This document shows, piece after piece, positions 13,001 to 23,042 of a stretch of 64,000 nucleotides of DNA (position 1 is its first letter; each line of letters begins with the position of its first letter). Both the position numbers and the translations under genes were made by a program. The notes under the pieces are model-generated. The model had not been told where the DNA came from. It was given only the letters and a program-made list of their open reading frames with translations, and ran no database searches. The stretch is from contig NW_015165833.1 in NCBI RefSeq assembly GCF_001447785.1, forward strand, positions 196,837 through 260,836, given 5' to 3'. Source of the DNA: Gekko japonicus. Lineage: Eukaryota.

Positions 13001-16000
13001 TCTGGAGGAGGGGAGAGCAAGAGGGCCCCCCTGCAATAGTGCAGTGTTACCACCTCGCTGAGAAGCAGACAGGGGGTACCCCAGGCTATGAATGCTTTTC
13101 AGTCTCTCTGCCTTTCCCCCTGTGGACCAGTGATAGGGAAGTGAGGGCTTCCACAGCCCAAAGAGAGGGAGGCTTCTTTTTGTTGGGCTGCAAAATGCCT
13201 GCTTATGGCTGGGAGGGGGCTATATACACTCTCTCCATTTCCCTTGCAGTGAGAAGTGTTGTGTCCCAGCCTGGTGTGACAGGATCCTCTGGAGAGGGAA
13301 GACTGTCTCTCAGCTGGGCTACCGAAGCCACATGGCCCTGAAGAACAGTGACCACAAGCCTGTCAGTGCGGTCTTTGACATTGGGGTAGGCACCCAGTAC
13401 TGGTTCTGGGGTGGGGGTGGGCAGAGTGTGCCCAGGGCTCCCCTGTGCCCAGGACAAGGCCCCTCTTCTTACCCATCCACCCATGTGCCCTCACTTACTG
13501 GTACATTGTTCTCCTGCCCACTGGCAAGATCTCCCACCATCTGCAGGGACAGCTGCCCACAATTGCCTGTGCAACCTTTCCCTGATGGTGCTGGGTGGTG
13601 GGTGGAGTTAGGAGTGGCACTGCTACGGCCAACAGGAATAATGATGTCTTGTGCACCACAGCTCTTGGAAGGCAACATACGCAGCAGCCGGAGGCACAGG
13701 TGGCAAAGCACTCATGAGCAGGCAGTGGAAGGGCGTGTGAGTGCAAGCATCAAAGGAGACACGTAACATTTCAGTAACATTCTTTGCTGCCAGTCACATG
13801 ACCACTGTCTCAGGCAGGGGAGCCAGGCTTCTGTGGGCAGCCTCTTGTGTAACCAGGATACCTTGGAAGAGGACTGCTTTGTATTCCAGTTTGTTTAGTA
13901 TGGCTCTCCTCGGGACAGGTGAGGGTGTTGCTCAGTCTTCTCCACAGCCCAGATGTTGGGTACTTAATTTTACATGGCAGGCTCTGCAGATGTCTTCCCA
14001 GCAGACTACAGGCTCACTGATGAAGCCAAATCTATCTTCCAGGTAAAGGTGGTGGATGAGAAGTGCTATCGCAAAGCTTTCGAGGAAACTGTGCGTTCCT
14101 TGGATAAGATGGAGAACGCCAGCATCCCATCAGTGACTCTGTCCAAAACAGAGGTAGGATGTGCTGCCTTGTCCAACATCACCTTAAAGACTAACAAAAT
14201 TTGTGGTAGGGTATGAGCTTTCGTGAGTCACTGCTCACTTCTTCAGATACAGCTGTATCTGAATACATGAGAAGTGACTCATAAAAGATCATACCTTACC
14301 ACAGATTTTGTTAGTCTTTAAGGTGCTACTGGACTCTTACTCTTTTCTACTGCAACAGGCAGACTAACAAGGCTGCCCATCTTCATCATCCAGCATGATC
14401 CACTCAATGCTGAAGATTCTGACCATATTAAGAACCTGGAGAGAGAATCTCGAAGGGTTCTGCTTAGCCTGTCTAGGACTGCATCTGGGGGGGGGGGGCT
14501 GGTCCATTTCCTTCCATGGAGGAATCTAGGCAAGACTCGTACAGCTCTGAGCCGTACATCAGAGCAGAGCACTGGCAGGCGTAGGGTTACCAACTCCGGG
14601 TTGGAAAATTCATGGAGATTTGGGGGTGGAGCCTGGGGAAGGTGGGGTTTAGAAAAGGGAGGGAACTCAGTGAGGTATATTGAAATAGAGTCTCCAAGCA
14701 GCCACTTTCTCCAGGGGAACTCATATCTATAGCTTGGAGATTAGTTATAATTCCAGGAGATCTCCAGGCCTCACCTGCAGATTGGCAACCATAGGCAGGA
14801 GGCTTTGGAACAGGCATTTGGTCTTTTGGGTTGTTTGCGACCTCCCTGCTTGGGAGGCCAATGGCTGAGCAAGAGGACAAAGCGAGAGCCACCAAGAGCT
14901 CTGGCCAAAGTAGGGTTGCCAGCTCTGGGTTTGGAAATATGTGGAGATTTGGGGTGGAACCTTGGGGAGAGTAGTGTACTGCCCCTAGCAGATTCTAGTA
15001 AGACAGTCAGAAATAGATCAATAAATAGTTCCGTAAAGCCTTTGCATGCTTGGAGATGTAGTTTAGGTACCTTTGTAAGTCACGTATTTCTACGCTAGGT
15101 CGCTAAGTAGGGTTTGGGGGGGGGGGGGTTCCTCAGCAAGGAATACTGCCATAGAGTCCACCCTCCAAAGCAGCCACGTTCTCCAGGGGAAGTGATCTTG
15201 TTTGTTTGGAGATCAATTGTAATAGTGGGAGATCTCCAAGTGCCACCTGGAGGTTGGCAACCCTAGGGCAAACGGAAGAGCAGACTGTGACCATTCTTGC
15301 TGTGTATTATCCCCCTCCACCCTTCAGTTCCTTTTCAAGGATGTGAAGTACCTACAGCTTCAGGTGGAGTCTTTCACCATCTGCAATGGCCCAGTCCCCT
15401 GCCAGTTTGAGTTTATTAACAAGCCCAATGAAGACAGCTATTGCAAGCCATGGATGACTGCAAAACCAAGAGAGGGCTTCCTGTTGCCAGGTGACTTGGC
15501 TACCATGTGTGTATGTCTAAGTGCCTATGTCTGCATGCACAATGCTTCAATTTGTGACCTGTGGAGTTGTGGGCTGTCAATAGGATGGGGATGCAGCAGC
15601 CCCTGCACATGGGAAGATCATCCCTTTCCCTCTGCATTCATTATTCATCCTCTCACTTTCTATTATTTCAAGGGGGCAGTGTTGTATACTGGGTTCGTTG
15701 CAGGAAACACTCAGTGATTCAGCATAGTGATCAGCTCAGTTTATTAGCACACGTACACACAACAACAACAACAACTAGCCTGCGAGGTCCTGTATTTATG
15801 GGTCCCCAACGCATTCCTAGTCCGCTCCCCTCTTCCTACTGGTGGGTTTGAATTTCCCTCCAGGGATCCTATTGGTGTTCCTAGGATCCTTGGTCCCTTT
15901 GTTATTCAGGACCAAGCTTGGACTAAGGTGCTGGCTTCCTAGTGACTCTCTGCGGACACAACACCCCTCCCCCCATAGTTCAAATTGTGCCAATGGCACA

Positions 16001-19000
16001 AAGTCCTTTGAGTAGGCCGGGGGGCAGCGCTCCCTAATGGAACACCTGGGTAACGTAATTGGGGTTCCTGGTGCTTCTGGGGGTGAGCCGTCCCTTTGGC
16101 TCTGAAGGGGGGGGGGAATCCACTCCGGCCTCAGGAGCGGCGGGTGAAGATGCTTCCTGGGTCTCTGGGAACGGAGGTCGTGAGGGCTCGCTGGCCCTCA
16201 CCTCGGGGATGTCATCGTCCAGCTCCTCTGCACTCAGCTCGTCGGGCCCCCCAGACGGTTCTGTCTCCGGGGATACAGGGAGCTGGTGCCTTCGCGGCTG
16301 ATCCACATGCTTTCGCAGGTCCTTGCCGTCCTCTGTGGAGACCTCGTATGAGACTTGCCCAGTGGGACGAATGACCCGGCCTGCCAGCCCAGGGGGTCCC
16401 TTTCCGAAGTTCCTTAGGTAGACAGGGTCTTCCAGAAAGAACCCCCGGGGAGCTTCCACTTGTTTGGAGAGCCTCCATGACTCGGGGGCTCTATCTGGGT
16501 GCAGCCTGTCCAGTAGCACGGTTGGCCTCCGTCCCATCAGTAGCTCGGCTGGGCTGCCGCCGCTTACTGAATTGGGAGTGGTGTGTTGAGACAGCAGGAA
16601 CTGGGCCATGCGGAACTCCCAGTCACCCTCCGTGATACAGCTGAGTACCTCTTTAGCAGTCCTCACCATGAACTCTGCCTGTCCATTTGTGGCTGGGTGG
16701 GTGCTGACCTCACGTGCCGGATAAGGTTTCCCCGGAGGAACGCCTGGAACTTGTCCAACGTAAAGGCCGTTCCGTTGTCGGAGACGATGGTTTCCGGCAA
16801 CCCATGGGTTGTGAAGATCCGGCGCAGCGCGCGCATGGTAGCCTTGGAGGACGTTGTAGCGACGGGAGTTACCTCTGGGCGAGGTCCAACTTCCCGAAGA
16901 CCTTGGCTCCCGTCAAGGTAGCTAACACATGGCTCACGACTGGGATGGCATGATACTGTAGGGTACATTCAGGGTACATTTGTAGTCCGCACAGATGCGG
17001 ACGTCACCGTTGGGCTTCACCAGTGTGACTATCGGGGTCTCCCACGCAACGTGGAGAGACTGGTTCCAGGATCCCTTGAGCTACTAGGCAGCCCAGCTCG
17101 GTGTCAATCTTAGGTTTCAGAGTGAAGGGAACCCGCCGGGCTCGCATGTGGATGGGTGCTAACCTGGGGTCGAGCTGCAGGGAGACCGGGGGACCAGTGT
17201 AGCGCCCCATCGATCCATCGAAAATGGATGGAAATTCCTCGCAGACCTTGCTAAAGTCCAATCGGTCGCATTGCTTCACCCCCTCGATGGTTATTCCAAG
17301 GGGGGAGAACCAGGCAAATATTGTGGAGCTTGGACTCATTTGTTCCTGTTAGACCTTTAATTAATTAATTAAATTACTTCATTTATACTCCACTTTTCTC
17401 CCCAATTGGGACTCAGAGTGGTTTACAACATTATCCTCATCACCATTTTATCCTCACAGCAACCCTGTGAGGTAGGTTAGGCTGAGCATGTGCGACTGGT
17501 GCAAGGTTACCCAGCAAGCTTTCATGGCAGGGTAGGACTTCAAACTTGAGGGTTCCATCCCTGACCTGGATACCAGGACACAGAGGCAGGTAATCAAGCC
17601 ACCTCTCTGAAAAACGTCCTAGCCCCACTATGAGTCACCAGAAGCCACTATGACTTCCAGACTCGCAAGCGTGCACACGGACACACACACACACACACAA
17701 AGTATTCACACAAAAAAGCAACCACTAGGCCATGCTGAATTTCTGAGGCCTTTGATACCATTGGTCTTAACAAGTGGGTGTCTTTTTCAGTGGGATCTGG
17801 GAAGAGTTGGGGGGGGCATGTTCTTGGGATTGCTTCCATTTGTTTCTTTCGGAAGGTCACAGAAAGTTATTGGTTGTCTTCCCTGTGGAGTTTTATGGAA
17901 TTCCATCTTGCATCTCACACTTTTCAAAGCAAACATGAGAACGAATGCCATCCCCCCCCCGGTGGTTGTGTTAGTAAGCATTTGTTTAGTATAAAGAATT
18001 AAATTTTGTACTTTATTTTAAATAATTTAAATAGTTATAAAAAGAAATATTATAAATGGTGAGTCAACAAAATAACTGTTCAAAAGGCGATTCTACAATA
18101 ATTTAAATGACAAGAGCTACCCAAGCAAAACTGGAAAATCAACCAAATTGTAAAAATCTCTGTTCTTCCTACAAACTCTGAATGGAATAATCTGCATCTT
18201 TCTTTTCCCTGAAGATTCCAAGGTGGTGATCGAGTTGGAACTATTTGTGAATAAATCAACAGCAACAGCCTTGAACTCTGGAGAGGACAAGCTGGAGGAC
18301 ATCTTGGTGCTCCACCTGGATAGGGGGAAGGATTATTTCCTGTCTGTATCAGGGAACTACTTGCCCAGCTGTTTTGGGTGCCCCATCCAAACACTCTGCT
18401 ACATGAAGGAGCCCATCCGTGAGATGTTGCCAGAGGCCATCAGGGAGCTGGTGGGTTCCTCCTGTTGAGTAGTTGATTGTGTGCCACCCTGGATGTGGCA
18501 CTGGCAGCACCTTTTTTTGGGGGGGGGGTTGCACATGATGAGGAGCATCCATCCATCTAGAATGTTGTGTTGCATGGAGTTATGCCCATTTAAAGCAGTG
18601 CTCCCTTTTAGACCTTGATGCCGTTGTTGACAGACGATGCTTTTTGGGACGAGAAGCCCTTGGACATCCCCAAGGAGTTGTGGATGTTGGTGGACCACCT
18701 CTACCGCAATGCTTGCCAACAGGTTAGGATGCCTCTGGGTCTGGATTTTAGCGTTCCTTTTTCAACAGAGCTAGTATTGGCTGCCCTGACCTGGATAACC
18801 CAGGTCAGTCTGATCTCTATCAGATCTCGGTAGCTAAGCAGGGTTGGCTCTGGTTAGTGCTTGGATGGGAGATCACCAAGGAGGACTAGGAGTGGTACAC
18901 AGAGGCAGGTAAACTGCCTCTGTTCTTCTCTTGCCTTGAAAACCCTAGTCAGTTTCCACCACAAGTAGTTAGCTGCAGTAGCTAGGATCAGGATGCTTTG

Positions 19001-22000
19001 GGCAGTGCCGGAGGATGCCTCCGTGGTGTCATGTGATTATGTACCATGCCAAGGTTCCGATCTTATTCTGGTGTTATCAACCCTTTTGCTTGCTCTGTGC
19101 CCGGGATCCTCCTGTGCCAGGCAGCCCAGACGATTTGAAATGTTATGCAGAGGGGTCTATGCCAAGGGGGATCCGAGTGTGAGCACAGGATATATTGTTT
19201 GACCCAGGGATGGAGAAGTGAGACAAGCTGTTTTTCTTCTCATCCCTCCCCATGATGTAGCTGCTTATATATCCTTTCTTGCAGGAAGACTTGTTTCAAC
19301 AGCCAGGCTTGAGGCCAGAGTTTGAACAGATCTGTGACTGGTTGGACACAGGGACCCTGGATGTGCTCGGTATCCTTTGATGAGTCTCTTTGAAAGGTCT
19401 CTCCTGCTTTTCTAGTGTCAAGTACTTTTTAATTGTTTGTATACTTTTAATATACTGTAAATTGCCTGGATGTCTCACTGCAGCAAAGGTGTATATAATT
19501 TTGTAAAATACCTCTATTTATTTGTTTATGTGCTATCAAGTTGTTTCCGACTTCTGGCAGCCCTATGAATTAATGACTTCCAAAATATCACATCATTAAC
19601 AGTCTTGCAAACCTGAGGCCATGGCTTCCTTTATTGGGTCAATCCATCTCACACTGGGTCTTTCTCTTTTCCTACTGACCAACTTTCCCCAGCATTACTG
19701 TCTCTTCCAGTGAGTCTTCTCATGAAGAGCCCAAAGTACGGTAGCCTCAATTCAGTCATTTTAGCTTCTAGGGAGAATTCAGGCTTGATTTGATATAGAA
19801 CCCTCTTATTTGTCTTTTTGGAAGTCTGTGGTATCCATAAAATTCTCCTCCAACACCAAATACACAAATGTTATATGGGTTTCAAAGCAAAGACATGGGG
19901 AGATCTAGAGCTCTCTGGCCTTTCTATTCAGTCCTTGGGCTCTTTTTGTAGCAGGAACTCCTTTGCATATTAGGTGACACACCCCTAGCTAATCCTCCAA
20001 GAGCTTACAGTAGCCCCTGTAAGAAGATGTCTGTAAGATCTTGGAGGATTGGCTACATTAGGGGTGTGTCGCCTAATATGCAAAGGAGTTCCTGCTACAA
20101 AAAGAGCCCTCCAGCCATCTCTGAGCATAATGTAATGTTGTCCCCAGAAGTCTGTTAACAACTTAAAATATAGAAAAGTACATTTTCTAGAAATTTTGTA
20201 GGCAAAACTGGAAATTCAGGGGAAATTTAAATATGCAATACTGTTCTAAGAAAACATCTTAGAAATCCTTACTGCACTGATCAAGATAAAGAAGTGAGCA
20301 GTGATTCACAAAAGCTCATACCCTGCCACAAATTTTGTTAGTCTTTGAGGTGCTACTGGACTCTTGCTCTTTACTCCTTACTGTATTGAGTTTAAGAATA
20401 TTAAATACATCACTCATAATTTTGTAAGCATATAAAATTACCCTAGTTATGCTGCAGCTATGTTCAAACAAAAGTCTAAATATACCTAATGCTAGAGAAA
20501 GCTCAGGGAGGGAAGGCAGTATGGTTATAGCCCAATCTCATCAGATCTTCGAAGCTAAACAGAGTCAGTACTTGGGAGACCACCAAGGAGGGTTGTGCAG
20601 AGAAAGGCCATGGCAAACTACATCTGCTTCTCATCTGTCTTGAAAGTCCCTTGTTGGAGTCGCCATAAGTCAGTTGTGACTTGGTGGTACATACATATAG
20701 ATGTAGAGAGAACTTGGTGAACTGAAGGTCTTGCCATGTGGGAACTAGGGAAAAGATAAATATTGAAGCTAGAAGCCATAAATATGGTAGTAAACAAAAG
20801 ATAAAACAATCACATGGAGGTGGATTCACCCTTCCTCCAACCCGGCTCTTCCTCTAGTGGAAGAGTCATTTCAGAGGAAGGCTTCAAACTTGAGCCAAAA
20901 GAGTCCATTTTCTCCAGGGGGACCTGATCTCTGTAGTCTGGAAATGAGCTGTAATTCCAGGGGATCCCCAGGTCCCACCTGAAGGTTGGCATCCCTGCTT
21001 TAGAGAGCTGTTGCCAATTGGAGTAGAGAATACTGGCCTTGGTGGACTCGAGGGTCTGATTCAGTGTAAGGCAGCCTCATGTGATCACTTGGTGTGATGC
21101 CCTTCCCTGGACCCTTCCGCCTTGCACTACAAGCGGGTGTTCACGATAGGAGTGATTAGCATTAGTTACAGTTGGAGCGGGGAGTCCCATCTTGGTGGTT
21201 GTTTCTTTAACCCACCCTTCCCAGGGCCAGTGGGCAGCAACCACTCTGTGGCTGAAGCGCTGCTGCTCTTCTTAGAGAGTCTTCCTGAGCCAGTTGTCTG
21301 CTACAAGCTGTACAGAAGCAGCCTGGAATGTGCCAACAGCTACAAGATGAGCAGTCAAGTAAGGCAGGTGCTGGGAGAGGGGCAGGGCTGAGCGGCAAGA
21401 CATACCACTTGCCTGCATGTGAAAACCGGTGTGCAACACTAAAGTGCTCCCAATCTCCTGCAGGTTATTTCTGTGCTGCCCAAGTGCCATCAAAATGTAT
21501 TCCGTTACCTGGTAGCTTTTCTGCGGGAGCTGCTGAAACACTCTGGGAAGAATCATTTGGATGTGAATATTCTTGGTAAGGAGAACTGAATGAGGGACGA
21601 AGCCACCCCTTTTGGTACATGGTCCTTACCAGGGTTGTGGGGGAGAGGGAAGGGACAGGAAGAACTCAGTTACATATCTCCCATCCCTTTCTTCGGAGCT
21701 CAGGGTGGTGTCCATGATCCTCTCAATTTTATTCACACTGTGGGGTAGGTTAGGCTGCTGTCCAGCGTTGTCTCCCGTCTCCGACTTAGACCCTCTCCCA
21801 CCGGGCAAACCATGAATGACCCAGTGCCCTGAAGGCCCTTACTCAGAGGGGGGCAGCAGAGAACAGGAACAGTGGCTAGTTTGGCGGCTCACGCAGTGAC
21901 AGGCCCCAATCAGGTAGTAGCCCCCACCACTGAAAGAGAGGAGATTGGAGAGTTGTACAGCCCAGCAGCAGCCTTATACCTGGTGAAGGCCAGCAGCTGG

Positions 22001-23042
22001 GAAGGGCCAAGGTAAGAAAAAGATGGAGGAGGGAGGTTTGGGCCTGATACCTTTAAAGCCCAGGAGGGACAGCAAAGGACAGGCAGCCCTGACAGTGGTA
22101 CCCACCCTTCTGAGAGTCAGCCTGGTGTAATGGTTAAGATAGGTGGACTCTAATCAGGGAGAACCAGGTTTGATTCCCCACTCTTCCACATGCAGCCAGC
22201 TGGTTGACCTTGGGTCAGTCACAGCTCTCTCAGAGCTGTTCCCTCAAGAGCAGTTCTCTCAGAGCTCTCTCAGCTCCACCTACTTCACAGGGTGTCTGTT
22301 GCAGGGAATGGAAAGGAAGGTGATTGTAAGCCGATTCGAGACACTTTCGGGTAGTGAAGGGTGGGGTGTAAAACCAACTCTTCTTCTTTTATCACTTCCG
22401 GGAAGAGGTGGGGCCAAAGTCCAGGGAGTGGGGCCAAGGGTGGTATATAAGGGAAGCTTCCACGCCAGGCCTGGGGGGGGATATCAGGTGGATCAAACAG
22501 GGCCAGAGAGTGAAAAGTTGTGTTCACTTAGGGGAACGAAGAGGGCCAGGGTGCCCGAACTCCCTCTCCTTCCCATTCTGAGGCTGGCAGGGAAGCTGGC
22601 CCAGATCCATCCAGGATATTACAGGGCGGGCAAACCAGTACAGCAAAGGGGAAGTCTCACAATTGCAAGAGAGTGAGACAACAATGTTTGATGTTAAAGC
22701 CTTGAAACACTTATTGTGTGGCTTGAGCAAGGAAATAGTGAACCATAATCTTAATTCTGAAGCATTCAAATAATCAGGACACCATGCTCCAACCTCCCTA
22801 GCTTCTTGATTGAATCCAGTGGGTGGGGTGTAGGAAGGGGGAGAGTCTTTCTCAGGGCCTGGATGGCCATTTTTGTTGGTTAAAGTATGAATGCGTATTC
22901 TTGGCTTTCCTGTGCAGCTAGCATCTTTGGAGGCTTGTTGCTGTGCCCACCCCCTGGCCACACCAAACCAGGCACAGTTGAAAAGCAGAAGGCTCAGCAG
23001 TTTATCCAGCAGTTCCTCTGCCAGGAAGAGAGCACAGTGTGA
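972..23042 (+). CDS. INPP5B: INPP5B type II inositol polyphosphate 5-phosphatase, spliced gene span (5' exons outside window)
   Basis: Phase-consistent GT-AG exons encode PH-like N-terminus (YTHRRMAIT), 5-phosphatase motifs ([48 protein letters not shown]), ASH and RhoGAP-like domains; adjacent to MTF1 as in human. Confidence 0.97.
1404..1433 (+). CDS. INPP5B: INPP5B 30-nt exon ([11 protein letters not shown])
   Basis: ttttgacag| and |gtgagt, phase 1-1, same length as human VSPDGELYILG segment. Confidence 0.85.
2501..2790. mobile_element. hAT-type MITE nested in a 5S-headed SINE
   Basis: TIR TAGGGTTGCC/GGCAACCCTA, TSD CTGGGAAG/CTGGGAGG. Confidence 0.85.
3069..3182 (+). CDS. INPP5B: INPP5B exon (GSDVTVQ...[15 protein letters not shown])
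   Basis: Matches human GSDVTVQ...QLPFGSQTRMFLHEV; GT-AG. Confidence 0.92.
3294..3491 (+). CDS. INPP5B: Candidate INPP5B linker exon (3' end 3474 or 3491)
   Basis: ctgtccag| acceptor in correct phase, open frame, weak YWLSS ~ human LWLSR similarity. Confidence 0.45.
3759..3825 (+). CDS. INPP5B: Candidate INPP5B linker exon (GHKDATAVD...KAAPR)
   Basis: ttgcag| and |gtatgg; supplies the phase 1-to-2 change needed before exon 4098; ends PR like human LQPR. Confidence 0.5.
4098..4253 (+). CDS. INPP5B: INPP5B exon (...[24 protein letters not shown])
   Basis: Aligns to human LRDTIVKSHLLQKEEDYTYIQNFR; GT-AG. Confidence 0.9.
4498..4599 (+). CDS. INPP5B: INPP5B exon ([13 protein letters not shown]...PDVYCVG)
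   Basis: 5-phosphatase first motif; GT-AG. Confidence 0.96.
4691..4994. mobile_element. hAT-type MITE with octamer-like repeats
   Basis: TIR CAGGGGTCATTTC/GAAATGACCCCTG, TSD GTGCTCTC/GCGCTCTC. Confidence 0.82.
5426..5441. other. Assembly gap
   Basis: N run. Confidence 1.
5813..5927 (+). CDS. INPP5B: INPP5B exon ([22 protein letters not shown]...YAK)
   Basis: Near-identical to human; GT-AG. Confidence 0.96.
6933..7049 (+). CDS. INPP5B: INPP5B exon (VKLVRMVG...VGTGIMGRM)
   Basis: Conserved motif; GT-AG. Confidence 0.96.
7673..7885 (+). mobile_element. 5S rRNA-headed SINE copy
   Basis: GGAAGCTAAGCAGGG...TAGTACTTGAATGGGAGAC (5S A/C boxes) plus shared tail. Confidence 0.75.
8217..8404 (+). 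CDS. INPP5B: INPP5B exon ([10 protein letters not shown]...[14 protein letters not shown])
   Basis: Conserved motif; GT-AG. Confidence 0.96.
9311..9422 (+). CDS. INPP5B: INPP5B exon ([11 protein letters not shown]...HDQ)
   Basis: Catalytic GDLNYR motif; GT-AG. Confidence 0.96.
9870..10145 (+). mobile_element. tRNA-headed SINE (Squam3/CORE-like)
   Basis: TGGTGTAGTGGTTAAG A-box, GGTTTGATTCCC B-box, (CTT)n tail. Confidence 0.75.
10492..10601 (+). CDS. INPP5B: INPP5B exon ([14 protein letters not shown]...[13 protein letters not shown])
   Basis: PTYKY motif; GT-AG. Confidence 0.96.
10988..11453 (-). mobile_element. Two 5S rRNA-headed SINE copies (10988-11170, 11245-11453)
   Basis: Reverse-complement 5S internal control region plus shared tail. 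Confidence 0.72.
12131..12339. mobile_element. Fold-back Penelope-derived element
   Basis: Inverted arms TAGCACCTTAAAGACTAAC... / ...GTTAGTCTTCAAGGTGCTA; ribozyme core deleted at centre. Confidence 0.72.
12378..12560 (+). mobile_element. 5S rRNA-headed SINE copy
   Basis: 5S-like GATCTTGGAAGCTAAGCAGGG...GATGGGAGAC...AATACC. Confidence 0.72.
13250..13385 (+). CDS. INPP5B: INPP5B exon ([14 protein letters not shown]...[13 protein letters not shown])
   Basis: Catalytic motifs; GT-AG. Confidence 0.96.
14043..14153 (+). CDS. INPP5B: INPP5B exon (VKVVDEK...[19 protein letters not shown])
   Basis: Matches human; GT-AG. Confidence 0.95.
14179..14383. mobile_element. Fold-back Penelope-derived element
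   Basis: Inverted repeat centred on CAGCTG at 14250-14255. Confidence 0.78.
14211..14250 (-). ncRNA. Minimal type I hammerhead ribozyme motif (Penelope-associated)
   Basis: Reverse complement GUAU-CUGAAGA-A-GUGAG(CAGUGA)CUCAC-GAA-AGCU-C/AUAC: complete core, helix I 4 bp, helix II 5 bp, palindromic helix III. Confidence 0.75.
14582..15265. mobile_element. Two hAT-type MITEs (14582-14793, 14911-15265)
   Basis: TAGGGTT(G/A)CC TIRs with near-identical 8-bp flanks; second copy carries a ~140-bp insert. Confidence 0.78.
15328..15490 (+). CDS. INPP5B: INPP5B exon, ASH domain ([10 protein letters not shown]...GFLLP)
   Basis: Matches human; GT-AG. Confidence 0.95.
15680..17340 (-). mobile_element. 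Truncated Ty3/Gypsy LTR retrotransposon (3' LTR 15680-15963, PPT 15964-15974, integrase and RT remnants)
   Basis: LTR bounded by TGTTGT/ACAACA with adjacent polypurine tract; [30 protein letters not shown] (IN) and [13 protein letters not shown]...GILEPV (RT start); frameshifts and deletions. Confidence 0.88.
18215..18450 (+). CDS. INPP5B: INPP5B exon ([14 protein letters not shown]...[11 protein letters not shown]...IREL)
   Basis: Matches human; GT-AG. Confidence 0.95.
18612..18722 (+). CDS. INPP5B: INPP5B exon (TLMP...[19 protein letters not shown])
   Basis: RhoGAP-like start; GT-AG. Confidence 0.95.
18783..18962 (+). mobile_element. 5S rRNA-headed SINE copy
   Basis: AGCTAAGCAGGGTTGGCTCTGGTTAGTGCTTGGATGGGAGA. 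Confidence 0.72.
19285..19369 (+). CDS. INPP5B: INPP5B exon ([10 protein letters not shown]...LDTGTLDVL)
   Basis: Matches human; followed by U12-type donor GTATCCTTT. Confidence 0.94.
19530..19860 (-). mobile_element. RTE/BovB-like LINE 3' fragment
   Basis: [10 protein letters not shown]...TNKRVL...[15 protein letters not shown]. Confidence 0.78.
19937..20109. mobile_element. Palindromic MITE
   Basis: GGGCTCTTTTTGTAGCAGGAACTCCTTTGCATATTAGG... with reverse-complement right arm. Confidence 0.8.
21231..21358 (+). CDS. INPP5B: INPP5B exon ([21 protein letters not shown]...SSQ)
   Basis: Matches human; alternative in-frame acceptor would start at 21225. Confidence 0.93.
21464..21575 (+). CDS. 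INPP5B: INPP5B exon (VISVLP...NHLDVNIL)
   Basis: Matches human; GT-AG. Confidence 0.95.
22118..22390 (+). mobile_element. tRNA-headed SINE (Squam3/CORE-like)
   Basis: A/B boxes, same body as 9870 copy, (CTT)n tail. Confidence 0.72.
22918..23042 (+). CDS. INPP5B: INPP5B last coding exon (ASIFGGLLL...FLCQEESTV*)
   Basis: Matches human ASIFGSLLL...KKAQEFIHQFLC; TGA at 23040-23042. Confidence 0.95.

Noticed and set aside
19285-19310. Missing RhoGAP arginine finger (EDLFQQPG)
   Set aside because: Normal for INPP5B/OCRL.
21748-22094. Possible solo LTR (also ~52878-53395)
   Set aside because: Partial terminal inverted repeats, but no clear TSD or boundary could be fixed.
972-23042. OCRL, or an INPP5B pseudogene
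   Set aside because: N-terminal motifs and MTF1 adjacency indicate INPP5B; all well-supported exons are open with intact splice sites.
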